A stretch of 64,000 bases of DNA from contig NC_043001.1 in the NCBI RefSeq assembly GCF_006345805.1, positions 46,624,001 through 46,688,000 of the forward strand. The letters run 5' to 3'. The notes beneath the pieces are model-generated. The model was not told the origin of the DNA. It saw only the letters and a list, made by a program, of their open reading frames with translations, and made no database searches. This document shows, in pieces, positions 13,884 to 26,782 of this stretch (positions are counted from its first letter, which is position 1; every line of letters begins with the position of its first letter). The position numbers and the translations under genes were made by a program. This DNA comes from Octopus sinensis (Eukaryota).

Positions 13884-15294
13884 TTAATATGGGGTAGGAC
13901 CACCCTTGGCAGTAATTACAGCTTGAATTCTATGAGGTATGGATTCGTACAAAGTTTGAATTGTTTCCAAAGGAATTTTTGTCCATTCTTCAGCTAAAAC
14001 AATCTCCAGTTCTTGTAGTGATGATAGTGGAGGATATCGACTCTTTACTTGTTTTTCTAAAATGCACCATAAATGTTCAATAATATTGAGATCTGGGGAC
14101 TGTGCTGGCCAGATAAGATGATCAACTTTACTAGAATGTTCCTCTTGCCATTCAGTAACAACTTTAGCTGTGTGAATTTTTTTCTACTCAAGGCACATGG
14201 CCCGAAATTTTGGGGGAGGTGGCCAGTCAATTAGATCGACCCCAGTACGCAACCGGTACTTAATTTATCGACCCCGAAAGGATGAAATTTGAACTCAGGA
14301 CGTAAAGACAGGGGAAATACTTATTTCTTTACTGCCCACAAGTGGCTACACACAGAGGGGAAAAACAAGGACAGACAAACGGATTAAGTCGATTATATCG
14401 ACCCCAGTGCGTAACTGGTACTTATTTAATCGACCCCGAAAGGATGAAAGGCAAAGTTGACCTCGGCGGAATTTGAACTCAGAACGTAGCGGCAGATGAA
14501 ATATCGCTAAGCGTTAGGCCCGGCGAGCTAACGTTTCTACCTACTCACCGCCTTCAGCTATGTGAATTGGGGCATTATCATCCTGAAAGATTGCGTTTCT
14601 CTCCGGAATCAGATCCGCAACCATAAGATGAATTTGATCAGATAAAATGCTTAAATAGTCTTGACTATTAATTCTGCCATGAAGTGAAACCATTGGGCCG
14701 GCGGATTTCCAAGATATAGACTCCCAGATCATCATAAATCCCCCACCATGTTTAACAGTTGGAAGAAGGCAGTCTGGGTCAATGCTTCTTTTGGCTGTCT
14801 CCACACGTATACTCAGCCGGTGGTCGGAAATAAGGTAAAGGATGACTCATCTGAGAAAATAACATTCTTCCACTGCTCTGGGCACCAATTCTGTAGGTTT
14901 TTACTCACTCTAAACACTTTGAAACGTTTGTTTTTGAAAGTAGTGGTTGTCTGATTGCAGCCCTCCCGTGAAGTCCGACTTTGTTTGTGCAGCTCCTGGC
15001 GAACAGTTTTTGTGGAAATTGGGTTCTCAAGGTCGTCATTAACCTCTGCACTAATTTTGGGAGCTGTACTTTTGTGATCCTTTCTAACAATTCGCGTAAG
15101 AGTTCGACGGTCCCTATTTTAAAGTTTTAGTTTTCTTCCGGAGTTTTGTTTCGACCTGAAGGTTTTCCCCTCTTTCTCAAAGGCTGTCATTACTTTCGAT
15201 ACAGTACAAACATTTCGGCTGTTTTCGTCACGCTAGCGCCTGCTTTACGAGCACCACCAATTTAACATCTTTGAAAGTCTGATAGATTTGTCAT
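13884..15294 (-). pseudogene. Tc1-type transposase pseudogene
   Basis: MTNLSDFQR start; [47 protein letters not shown]; interrupted by a SINE, stops and frameshifts. Confidence 0.9.
14179..14552 (-). mobile_element. Chimeric two-unit SINE family B insertion inside the Tc1 element
   Basis: 16-bp TSD tttagctgtgtgaatt / ttcagctatgtgaatt (14163-14178, 14553-14568). Confidence 0.85.
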
Positions 15295-16922
15295 TTTATG
15301 AATTTTAATTACGTTTATCTGATGATATCTGAAAAGAAACAGCAATTTTAGAAAAACATATTAAGCAACACTAATAATAAATCAAAAAACATAAAAATAA
15401 ACAAGTTTTTGACGGCTTTATAGACATTTCAAAATTATGATGCTAGGTGCTTCCCTTATTTTGTCCACCTCCTGTATGTATGTATGTATGTATGTATGTA
15501 TGTATGTATGTATGTATGTATGTTCTGTTTTGTTTTTAATTATTTGAATTCTTCCTCTGAATATTGTTTTTGTGACAACGTCGAGTCGTATAAGGAAGCA
15601 CTGCCTTATGGGTAATTTTGGACAGCTGTTAACCACATGTGTGATACCGTCCACAGAAATGACATAATCTGTATTTTCGGTTGCTTGTTGGCGCTCCAAG
15701 GCCGTCATTGTCACTGTCATGTATGTATGTATGTATGTATGTATGTATGTATGTATGTATGTATGTATGTATGTATGTATGTATGAAGTCAGAAACCTGA
15801 TTTTTTCTCGACATGACCAAATGCTGTTGTTATTTTCGCATAGCCCTCGGTCATCGCCTTTGAAATTGGTTGTGAGTGAAGACATTCCAGTTTACAACAC
15901 TCAGTCTTTTTATCCTAAAACCGATTTATCAAATGTGATCATCTATAATAATAAAGACGAAATTCTGTCTGTCCGTCTGAGATCCCTATATCTCAGCCTA
16001 CATTTGCTCTACATAGATATATTATACCTTTTTGGAATCAAGATGATCCCAAGATTAAAAAATCTACCCTTCATTTGGTTCGTGAACTTCCAGCATTGGG
16101 AACTAATTTAAAAGCATTTGGGTTGCTATTTCTAGCAGGTAAAACTTGGTTGATCCATGCCATCATGGTGGCGTTTGTCAGATGACGTCAGCGATCAAGG
16201 AGAAGATAAATGGCATTCACTTCGTTAATTTCTCGTCGAGATAAGAACTTTGGGACAAGTTGACCGACAGTTGGAATTCAACTTGGGACTGGAACAATAG
16301 AATGATTGCATTACAGAATTAATTCTCATCCGTCCTTAATCTCTGATTAAATACCACTGATTATAGACGTATTATAGTAATGCTATATAGCTATCTTTAG
16401 TATTTTACCGCATCCCCAATTAGCCCTCCGTAGGAGCTAACTTAAAAGTCCACAGGGAGTTCAGCTTTTAAGATAGTTTTAAATATGAAATGTGTTCGGT
16501 ATAAAGAAAATTTTAGTTTAGTTCATATAGAGGCTCATTCGTTTGCTAATAACGACTTGTCAAAACTGCATCACAACATAAAAACACAATCTAACAACGC
16601 TTGCTATGTGATCCACAGCAATGACTGATGTACCTCTCTATTGTACGGCGACACATCAAACCTGGGCAATGATTAATCCACTACCAATATCTAACAGAAA
16701 GATATATTTCCCGTATCCACACTGATTTCGCCAAAAACGTATTGAATACTGTTATTTTTTTTTTATTACAACGTGAACAATAATCTCTCTCTCTTTCTCG
16801 CTTTCTCTTTCTCTCTCTCTCTCTCTCTGTATATGTGTGTGTGTATGTATATTTATAAATATATATGTGTGTATGTATATATATATATATGTGTGTGTCT
16901 GTGTGTATGTGTACTTACATAT

Positions 16923-17125
16923 ATCACCTTGATCACCTTGACCGACCAGTCCGCGAGGCGTCCATTTGACACCGCTGGTCACAGCACGCTGTCCACTCCT
17001 CTCTGGATCGTGCTTTTCTCATCCACGTGATCCCAAATCGTAACTCCACCGTCGTGGAGGTCTTCCGGGTGGTCTTTTCCGCTCGCGCGGGTACCACTCG
17101 ACAACGGCGTGGGTCCACCGATTAT
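16923..17125 (-). mobile_element. RTE-type LINE 3' end
   Basis: C-terminal WMRKARSREEW motif; ends ggtcaaggtgatcaaggtgat followed by a microsatellite. Confidence 0.65.
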
Positions 17126-17269
17126 CTGAACCTTCATTTGTCGTTCACGACAAGATAATCCATCATATATATGTAAGTTGTTGTTTTAAGTTAAGTAAGT
17201 TGTAAGTAAAACAACAACTTACATATATATGATGGATTATCTTGTCGTGAACGACAAATGAAGGTTCAG
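17126..17269. repeat. Perfect fold-back palindrome, 63-bp arms, 18-nt spacer
   Basis: 17126-17188 is the exact reverse complement of 17207-17269. Confidence 0.95.
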
Positions 17270-17479
17270 TAAAATAAGGCATTAATCATGATCTAAGGAC
17301 ACAAATGTGTCCCTTCACGCCTGTTGGTGCCTTGCAAAACTTTTGGTAAATGGAACAAGTTAGGGATTCTGTTTTCTTGAGTGCTTGTGGATCATTTAGT
17401 ATGTATTTTCTTGAGTGGCCTGTTATATTTCGCGCCACAAAACCACAAAGACAGGTAAGGTTTCTATTTGGTGGAGCAG

Positions 17480-17712
17480 CATGGTTGTGATTAAAAAGCT
17501 CGCATTATAACTACGCGTGGTTTCGGGTTTCCGGCACCTTGGACCGCACACCTTGTGCGACACCTTGGACAAATGGATTAGCAAAAGCGATTAATAGAAT
17601 AAATACCAGACTTAAAAAATAAGTTTGAGGGACGATTTGTTCGACTAAACCCTTCAAGGCAGTGCCCAGTATCGCTGCTGTCCAATGACTGAAATAAATA
17701 AAAGATAAAAAC
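17480..17712 (+). mobile_element. Degenerate SINE family A (head and tail, centre deleted)
   Basis: ggtttcgggtt B-box; gatttgttcgactaaacccttcaaggc tail. Confidence 0.6.
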
Positions 17713-17753
17713 CAACGTACACACACACACACACACATACACACACTCACTTA

Positions 17754-17791
<38 letters not shown>

Positions 17792-18202
17792 TACACATAC
17801 ACTAATACGTACAACATAATAAAGTTTAAGTTACAGGGCCTCTAATCCCCGAGGGTGCCCAAGAGGCAATTATGAATTAATGAATGGACATTTTCTGCAT
17901 CCCCAGATTTAGCAGTGTTTATAAAAATCATCAAAACATGTTGCTTTGAAGTCTTGACTCTAGCCTTCTCAAATCTAGAACAAAGAACTGAAATATATAT
18001 ATAAACAAATTAAGATTTATCCCAACTAAAGGAAGCAGAATTCCCTTGGGACACTAATAGCGACAGGAAAATAGTGGAATAGGATAGAAACAAGAACAAG
18101 AAAAGGAAACAGCAACATCGCCAAGAGCAGCAACAATAATAAAAGCAAACAAGCAGAGTGCTGATAAAAAGAAGCAGTAAATGTAATAATCCTCTTCCTC
18201 TC

Positions 18203-18628
<426 letters not shown>

Positions 18629-18699
18629 ATTTTACTTCTCAGAGTTTTCACACTTACTTGCTCCTGTTAATTCTGTGAGACATTTGACAACAGGTTGCA

Positions 18700-18857
18700 A
18701 TCTTCTATTCGCCTGTCGCTTACGTTCTGAGTTCAAATTACACCGAGGTCGATTTTGCCTTCATCCTTTCGGGGTCGATAAATTAAGTACCAGTGAAACA
18801 CTGGCGTAGATGTAATCGACTAGTCCCCTCACTCCCATGTGCCTATAGTAGAAAGGA

Positions 18858-18860
<3 letters not shown>
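18700..18860 (+). mobile_element. SINE family B, 5'-truncated, ending in (ATT)n
   Basis: gttctgagttcaaatt...cctttcggggtcgataaattaagtaccag...gtgcctatagtagaaaggatt. Confidence 0.8.
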
Positions 18861-18888
<28 letters not shown>

Positions 18889-18895
18889 ATTATTA

Positions 18896-18946
<51 letters not shown>

Positions 18947-18974
18947 CATCATCATCATCATCATCATCATTATT

Positions 18975-20950
18975 ATACGTTTGACTTTTGCTTTGTATTT
19001 GTATAAGTTGACTCCAAGTCTCACCAAGAGACCTCAAGAGACAACAAGTTAGACGTTCAAGATGGTGTTATGACTTGGGTGCCATATATTTGGTTTTGCA
19101 CAAAGTATTGTTCTAGAGAGTGCTTAAGAAAACATAAGAGAGTTATGTTTGTTTTAAAATTTGAGATTACGTCGACAGTATTTTACGTAGGATTTGGGCA
19201 GTTCCCATGAGCCATATCTAGATTTTCTGGTATCTGAACTAGGTAGCAATCAGCACCTTTTGCAATTATTCCCAATGCATCTACGACAGCCGGTATTGTT
19301 CTAGTCTTGAGGTTCCACATTTTGCCAATTTCTATTTCAAGATCTTTGTACTTGCTCAGTTTTTGGTAGGTCTTGACTGATACATTTATGTCGATTGGAT
19401 AGTTATATCGATGTGGAGGCATGATTTTTGTCTGAATTCTTCAATATAATGTCTGGCCAATTAGCATCTATCTTTCTGTCAGTTTGAACGGTGAAGTTCC
19501 AGAGGAGTGAGATGTGATCATTTTCAAGCACTGGAAGTGGTTTGTGTTCCCACTAGTTTTTATCATGGGACAGGTCCAAGTTTTTGCAAATTACCCAGTG
19601 GATATACTGTGCTGCTCTACCATACCTGTTGAGATACTCAGTAGATACAAGAAGAGTGCACATGGAGACAGCATGATCGATGGTTTCATTTTGTTGTTTA
19701 CATACACGATATTTCAGTAATTGACCAGTTAATAATATTGAAACTGTAAATCACGACTGGTATGGCTAAAGTTTTGATCGCTTCGATCCTGTTTCTTGCA
19801 TTCAGCTCTGTCTTGGGTATTGCCCTTACCCTGCGATAACATTCTTTTCTGATCCTCTCCCTCGTCATTGAATGTCTGATTCCATTACTTTCAAGTATCC
19901 CTAAGTATTTCTAGCTCTCTGCTGGTACTAACTCTTTTATGATATTTTGTTGGTCAATATTAACATTGGATGTTTCTATCATTTTTCCTTTGATAAAGAT
20001 AGCTTTTGCACATTTATCGAAGCCAAATTGCATCCTGATGTCATCACGAAATTTTTTAACAATTGCTAGTAATCCCTGTTGTTGTCGTTCCTTTTTTGAA
20101 AAGAGCTTTAAATCATCCATGTGAAAGAGATGATTTATATTTTATCAAACATTTTATAGCCATATTGTTCATCATCGAGCAATTTCGAGAGAGGAATTAA
20201 GGCTAGACAAAAGAGGAGTAGTGATAGAGAGTCACCCTGGAAAATGCCACATGAAATTCTTCCATCTTCAGCATTGAGAGAATCATTGTCACTGTTCAAA
20301 GTGAGAGTGGTTCTCCATGAACTCATACAGGAAGTTTCGCAGAGTAGGTGCTATTTTATAAATTTCTAGACATTTCTATCAGGCTATCGACAGGTTCTTG
20401 TGTTGTTTGTGACAATCTTCCCAAGATCATCTTATTGATGAGTAGCTGATCTTTACAACCATAGGACCCACGTTTACACCCTTTTTGCTCTTTTTTTTCC
20501 TTTTGTTTTGGAAGTAAAAATGTAACACCGTTAACTAACTAAGAGGGAATCGTACTAGGTTGTTACAAAACACTGTTGTAAAGTTTTGTTAGCAGCTCAT
20601 GATTCTCTGGGAAGGCATTCAACCAGAAGTCAGGAGTTTTATCCTTCCCTGGAGACTTCCATTTGCTTGACTTCCTGAGAGCAGATCTTACATCCTCTAC
20701 TTTGATATACTCTCACTTTTGTTCTTCTAAAGAGTTTAAGTCAGTAGATATTCTATCAGTCCAAGGAATCTTTTTATTGTGTATTTTTTCTTCTGACCAA
20801 ATTTTATTCCAAAATCCCTGCGCTTCTTCTTTTGATGGGGTAGACTTTACCGTAACTGATATTTTCCCTATCTTCCTGTGCTTGAAGATATTGAACATTT
20901 TGGATATTATATAGGAACTATGTTTTCTTTTCTGGATCTCCACGAACAGG
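18975..20950 (-). mobile_element. Dong/R4-clade non-LTR retrotransposon (RT + restriction-like endonuclease), 5'-truncated and degraded
   Basis: GIFQGDSLSLLLFCLALIPLS, MDDLKLF, FGFDKCA (RT); KLSKYKDLEIEIGKMW (RLE); 3' end runs into (TAA/TGA)n. Confidence 0.85.
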
Positions 20951-20954
20951 GAAT

Positions 20955-22156
20955 ATTTTAAACAGACAGGGTAATTTAGATTTTTCTCTGAGGGTTTAAG
21001 TGTAATTAGATGGCCTGCACACTATGAAGCAGTCCGTGCAATTAAAAACGGATTCACGAGTAACTTTTGGACTCTGAAACATGTTTTTGAAGACTTAGAG
21101 GAAAAAAAAACAGAACGTAAGCAAGATGCAACGATTGTGTACAACAAACTGGAATATGCTATTTTCACAGGTGTTTGGGAAGAAGTTCAGAAATAAGAAA
21201 CTACAAACATATGGTCTTGATAAATCTCAAGGCAAACATCTCTAATTTTGTTTGTTAAAAAAATCTCGAGAAAATTCAGATGAGACAGTGAAACATGTGT
21301 TAATGCTTCTTTGAGAGGAACCGAGAAATTTCAAATAGAAGTTCTAAATCAATTCTGACTGCTTAGTTATCCAGTAGATAAGAGGATTGATCTATATGAG
21401 TAGATTGCAGAAAGGTTCAAGTTACTCTCAGAAATGGAGAATATTTTAAAAAATTTATGCGGACAGTCTTAAGCTTATAATATCATATTATGAAAATGAT
21501 ATTGAGTACAAATCAGGAAATGAATATATTCCTGTCAGAGAATATTTGTACATTAGGAAACCGCGGAATACAGAAGGAAACACGCAATCCAAAATGCAAT
21601 AACCAGAAATTCATCGTCTTATTTATGGGCAGTGCCTAGTCGAAGTGTTCCCCAATATTACTACTGCACCTAAAGTGTATTTGACATTGCTTATCACAAG
21701 ATAGGCGCAGAAAGGAATTTCGATTTACTATGACGGAAGAGAGAGCTTAAATTCTTTACTCATATTGTTTTTAGAAAATGATATCAAAAGATAATTCTCA
21801 TACGACAGAACTCTGCGTGAATATGTTGTTAGAACCCACATACACGCACGCACCCCATCCTCCACAACAGTATTTTGTAATATGTGTTTCATTAGGTGTA
21901 TAGAAACGGATTCCATGAGTATTTGAAAAGTAAGACCGGTTTTTGCTTTGATTTTGTTTCATCAGTCTACGATGCATTAAGTATGTATATAAATAATCTC
22001 TAATTTTCAGTCCCCTCGAAATTTCGATAACTTTTAAGGTATAGAAATTACATGGGTAGCAAAGCCTTTCAGTTCTTGTATGATGTTGCCCAATTGTCGC
22101 TGGTTGCAAAGTAGCTCGTATAAGAGTTCAAGCTAAAAATCTAGTTCAGCCACTCT
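20955..22156 (+). mobile_element. hAT transposon remnant (ZMYM1-like transposase C-terminus)
   Basis: EVFPNITTAPKVYLTLLIT..AERNF and LNSLLILFLEND resemble the hAT dimerisation domain; right end cagccact resembles a CAGTGGC-type TIR. Confidence 0.6.
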
Positions 22157-22331
22157 ATGTGTGTGTGTGTTTAGGGATTGGATAATGGAGTAGCTAGTAT
22201 TATATTTATTTCATGATTTACAATTGTTTCAACATTATGCAGATGACAAATCAAGCGTTATGTCTATAGACACCGATGAAAATAATGTTATAATGATGTC
22301 CATTAATTAAATTATATTACAGAATAGCTTT

Positions 22332-22530
22332 ATTACCTCCTCCTTAGCGAAGGCGGAGGTATTGTTTCCAGTCGTGTTTGTTTGTCCATGGACAAGATAT
22401 CTCAAGAACCGCTGGATGGATTCGGATGAAACTTTCAGAAATGTTTGGCCTCGTGACTGGCAGGAACTGATTAGATTGTAGGATCGATCCGGTACCGGAC
22501 AAGGATTCTGGATTATTTATCATATTTTCT
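22332..22530 (-). mobile_element. Helentron/HINE-like repeat fragment
   Basis: Terminal hairpin acctcctccttagcgaaggcggaggt; body homologous to 8990-9140 and 31190-31342. Confidence 0.55.
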
Positions 22531-23027
22531 TTACATATATATGTAAAGCTTCACATAGTTCTCTTGTACACGCACACACATACACACATATACTCACACT
22601 TCAAACGCCGTCTATCGGCTTTTCACTCCATTTTCCGTTATTCATCTATCACTTCTTTTCTCATTCATACGACGCTCTCTTTGCCATTTATCTCCTCTAC
22701 CTTCACCTCTCACTCCAGCTCTATTATATATATAAACAAATATATAAAAAGACAACGCTCATTATTATATTAGGAGATTATACAGACATCTTAACAATTT
22801 ATAGTATATTTACATATTTATATAATTCTAAACATCGATCTAAAATAAATGCTTACAAAAGGAAGACCAGAATTTAAGAGAAGAGAAAATCAAAAGGTCT
22901 CATGATATTCATTGAAGGATGTTATTTCAGATATTCTCATTTAAAAAATCATCTCCAGTTAATCGGTGAGAGGATGTTGGTGTTCCGTCGGCGGGTGCTC
23001 TCTGAGTGTTCTTGTTCTTTTTTTATT

Positions 23028-23217
23028 TATTCTTTTACTTGTTTTAGTCATCTGACTACAGCCTTGCTGGAGCACCGCCTTTAGTCGAACAAATCGACCC
23101 CAGGACTTATTCTTTGTAAGCCCAGTACTTATTCTCTCGGCGTCTTTTTGCCGAACCGCTAAGAGACGGGGACGTAAACACACCAGCATCGGTTATCAAA
23201 CAATGGTGGGGGACAAA

Positions 23218-23310
<93 letters not shown>

Positions 23311-23480
23311 CATACATATATATACATGACGGGCTTCTTTCAATTTCCGTCTACCAAATCCGCTCACAAGGATTTGGTCGGCCCGCAGCTATACTAGAAG
23401 ACACTTGTCCAAGGGGTTATGCAGTGGGACTGAACTCGGAACCATGTGGTTGGGAAGCAAGCTTCTTACCACACAGTCAT
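23028..23480 (-). mobile_element. SINE family A, full length
   Basis: Same head, core and tail as other copies. Confidence 0.85.
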
Positions 23481-23946
23481 TTAATAATTACTGAATATAT
23501 AATGCACAAATGAATTGGCAATTTCACTTAAATAGGATTTGGCACTGAAAAAAGTAGGGAGGGTCAAATTTGGAAACTCAGCAAGAAAGTAACTAGACAA
23601 GCCAGTTGCATTTTTTTTATATATTGTAATTAGAGAAGTATCATTTAGCAACTGTCAAACATAAGTCTGCTCATTCTATAAGGAAATATAAAAACAAACA
23701 GTTTTGTTTATTCGTTCGTTCGGTTATTATTAAATAACTGCGCCGGCTATAATGCAGTGCTGCTCAAAGCGGTAGTCCGCGGACCGGTGCTGGTCCGCCA
23801 GCCATCAGCTGCTGGTACGCAGCGAGCTTCCAGAAAAGAAAGAAACATTATAAAATGCTTACAAAATGCTTATGCAATATTGTATTATTTGTTTACAAAA
23901 TAAATAAAAGATAAAAAGAAATTGTCAACTTTTATTATATTCATTA

Positions 23947-26200
23947 CACTGGTCTACATTTGAGAATTTTTTCTATTTTTATTTTTATTTTTATTCATGG
24001 ATGTGATGTTACATACCCTTGGGTTGCTGATTTTAAGTATCTAAACTATTTTTCTCTGTCACATAAGGATGTTGAATAAAACACAAATTAATAATAACAA
24101 AAAAATGTGAATGTTTAATTAATTGTTACTTTATTAAAATGAAACAAATAATCAAGGAAAAGCACATTCTGTTAATTTTAAGGATATGTTTTCCAAATCA
24201 ACATGAAAGGAATCCCGTTCATCATAAACTGAGTCAAAATTACCAACATCAAACCAAATGAATGTAAAAAATATGCTCCTAATGGTTAGCCTACATACTG
24301 ACTCAAAGGAAGGGGGACCGCTTTGATTTCTGCTTATGCTGCGCATCGGGACCATCGCGTTTCAATGATTAGTAGTAATCCGCCATCATACTGACATTCC
24401 ATTTGCCCTGGTATCGAGTTTTCATGGTGCAAATGTCTTGATAGAACCGCTCTCCTTGTTCCTCGCTGCAGTCCCCTCAATTCTTGGGAAAATAATCAAG
24501 ATGCGAGTACAAAATATGTATCTTCACATTCCTTCTTAGACCCAAGTTGTTGGAAACTTGATATCAGGTCTTGAATCATTTTTTCATATTCTGAGGAGCG
24601 ACTGTTTTCCAAGAACTTTTGGAAAATCTTCCTGAAGAAAAACCTGGCATTCACTTCGACACCTGTTAATGCTTCTCAAAATGCTTATCCTTCATCAATT
24701 CTCGAATCTAAGGGCCAACAAAGATTCCTGCTTTTAGCTTGCCTTCACTTATATGAGGAAACTTTGACTCCAGGTACTTGAAAGCAGCTCCATTCTTGTT
24801 CAGGGCCTTTGCAAAATTTTTCATAAGCCCTAATTTGATGTGGAGTGGTGGCAGGAGAATTTTTTGAGCATCAACTAGTGGTATAGCTTTCACGTTATGT
24901 TTTCCGGGTAAGAATTTGGTTCTTGGTGGCCAGTCTTTTTGTTCATAGTGTTGGCTGTCTGCCCTACTATCCCAAACACACAGAAAACAGGAATACTTAG
25001 TGTATCCCACTTGAAGACCTAGTAGGAGAGCAATAACTTTTAAATCACCACAAATGAGAAAATTGTGATTATAGTACTTGATTGCAGTTATTACTCTCTT
25101 CATATTTTCGTAAGTTTCTGGCATTTGGACACTATGACCAATTGGCGCAGATGCAGCTGTGTTGCCATTGAAGAGAAGAACAGTCTTTAAACTTCTTTTA
25201 GAAGAATCAATGAAGAGCCTCCATTCAGCTGCTTTGTACGACATCCCATTGAGTTCAATAAGGCCAGAAATATTTGAATAGATAACTAAAGAATCCTCTT
25301 TCTCAAAGAACTGAGTGAATCCCGCTTCATGAAGACGATACCAAGGGAATGTTGTTCCAGGAGCTCGAAGCAGTCTAGAGCCAAGTTCCTGCAGTCTAGA
25401 GCCAAGTAACTGTGCACTTTCTTTTGGAATGTTAAAGTCTCTAACCATGTCATTGAGCTCAACTTATTTGAAAAATTTGGGATCGTCATTTGTTGTGGCT
25501 CATAGTCTTCTTCCATCTCATTAGTACCACTAGTATCAGATTCTGATGAAATTCCTTGTGTCTCAAGTGGCACAGATACAGGAATATCATCTGAGTGTGG
25601 AACAGGCCTTATTGCTAAATGAATATTTGGGTATATTATGCGATCTTTAGTCTTCTTATTGAGTTCAGGTACTTTAGTCATACAACAGTCATCATAGTGG
25701 TTCATCTGCTCTCGCCATACCTCTGGTACTCCAAATGACATACATTTAAGTTTTCCAACTGATCACATTTGAAGCTTATTGATGCAACTCTTGCAAGCTT
25801 TGTGAGGTGCTAATAGCTTGTCCTGGTCTCCCATTTTGCAGCCAAAATAAGCTAAATAGCAGCGCTTCAACAAAGGAGTAATATTGCTCCGGGAGTCTGA
25901 AGGGACGAATTGCCCGCAGACATGGCAGAATATATCTGGTGAATTGACGCAGCCTTTAGACATATTCACACACTGAAAAAAGAGAGAGATATATTAGATT
26001 TAACATTTCAGTCAATATAAGGTAAGAATTTTTAATTTATCATTTACTTATGTTATATAAAAAGAAGAAAGTAATATCTCCGTATAACTTGAAACCTGAT
26101 ATGATAAACATGAATAAAAAACACAATGACTCATTATTTTTCATATATATTCAGAAAAAGATACCACACAGCCAATAAAAAGAAAACATGCAGACCAGTG
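23947..26200 (-). mobile_element. Chapaev3-type (CMC superfamily) DNA transposon
   Basis: CAC...GTG termini; TIR cactggtct(a/g)cat; 3-bp flanks tta/ttg; transposase inside. Confidence 0.8.
24300..25963 (-). pseudogene. Chapaev3-type transposase, frameshifted
   Basis: CVNSPDIFCHVCG, YFGCKMGDQDK, FGVPEVWREQ, WRLFIDSSKRSLK, GDLKVIALLLGLQ.GYTKYSCFLCVWDSR, PPLHIKLGL, HLDYFP..SEEQGERF.QD..MKTRYQGKW. Confidence 0.85.
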
Positions 26201-26716
26201 TTGTATATATTGTTTCCGCTATAAATTGATATTAAAAAATATTACCGGTCCCTGGCACATTGGGAAAAAAACTGCTGGTACGCCACATCAGATAGTTAGA
26301 GAAGCACTACTATAATGTACTATACGTTACACAATGGGAATAACTATATCAACTGTTCACATCCATGTCTGTAAACATGATGTTTGATTTGTAACCGGCG
26401 TGTTGTTGAAGCAATTGCAAGCATGAAATAAATGGAATAGTGCTGACGACATCTTTCATTTATTATTTATTATTCCTCGACGGGAGTAGACTTTCTGGAT
26501 TTTCTGACTGCTTCAAAACCTATGTCTCCGCAGGAGAATATTTCCTTCATACAATTTCAAATGGATGCCACTTGCAGGAGTGATGCCTGACGTAAACGCC
26601 TGGATTATGATACTTCCCCACATAGTGTGTGTGTGCGTGTATGTGTGTGCGTGCGTGCGTGTGCGTATCCAAAAGTCTTCGAAAGAGAACGTGTAACATA
26701 TTTTATGTGTGTGTAT

Positions 26717-26782
<66 letters not shown>

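Larger units (their letters stand above)
13849..15474 (-). mobile_element. Tc1-type DNA transposon, DD36E (Incomer-like), complete ends
   Basis: TIRs caggggttggacaaaataatggaa / caggaggtggacaaaataagggaa, TA on both flanks; about 1.24 kb after removing the SINE insertion. Confidence 0.9.
23755..26309. mobile_element. hAT (Charlie-like) MITE of about 300 bp, split by the Chapaev insertion
   Basis: Perfect 8-bp TSD ctataatg (23747-23754, 26310-26317); TIRs cagtgctgctcaaa / tagtgcttctctaa. Confidence 0.85.

Noticed and set aside
15942-16480. Helitron-like 5' start (A|TCTATAATAATAAAG)
   Set aside because: No matching 3' hairpin/CTAG end found, so the element could not be delimited
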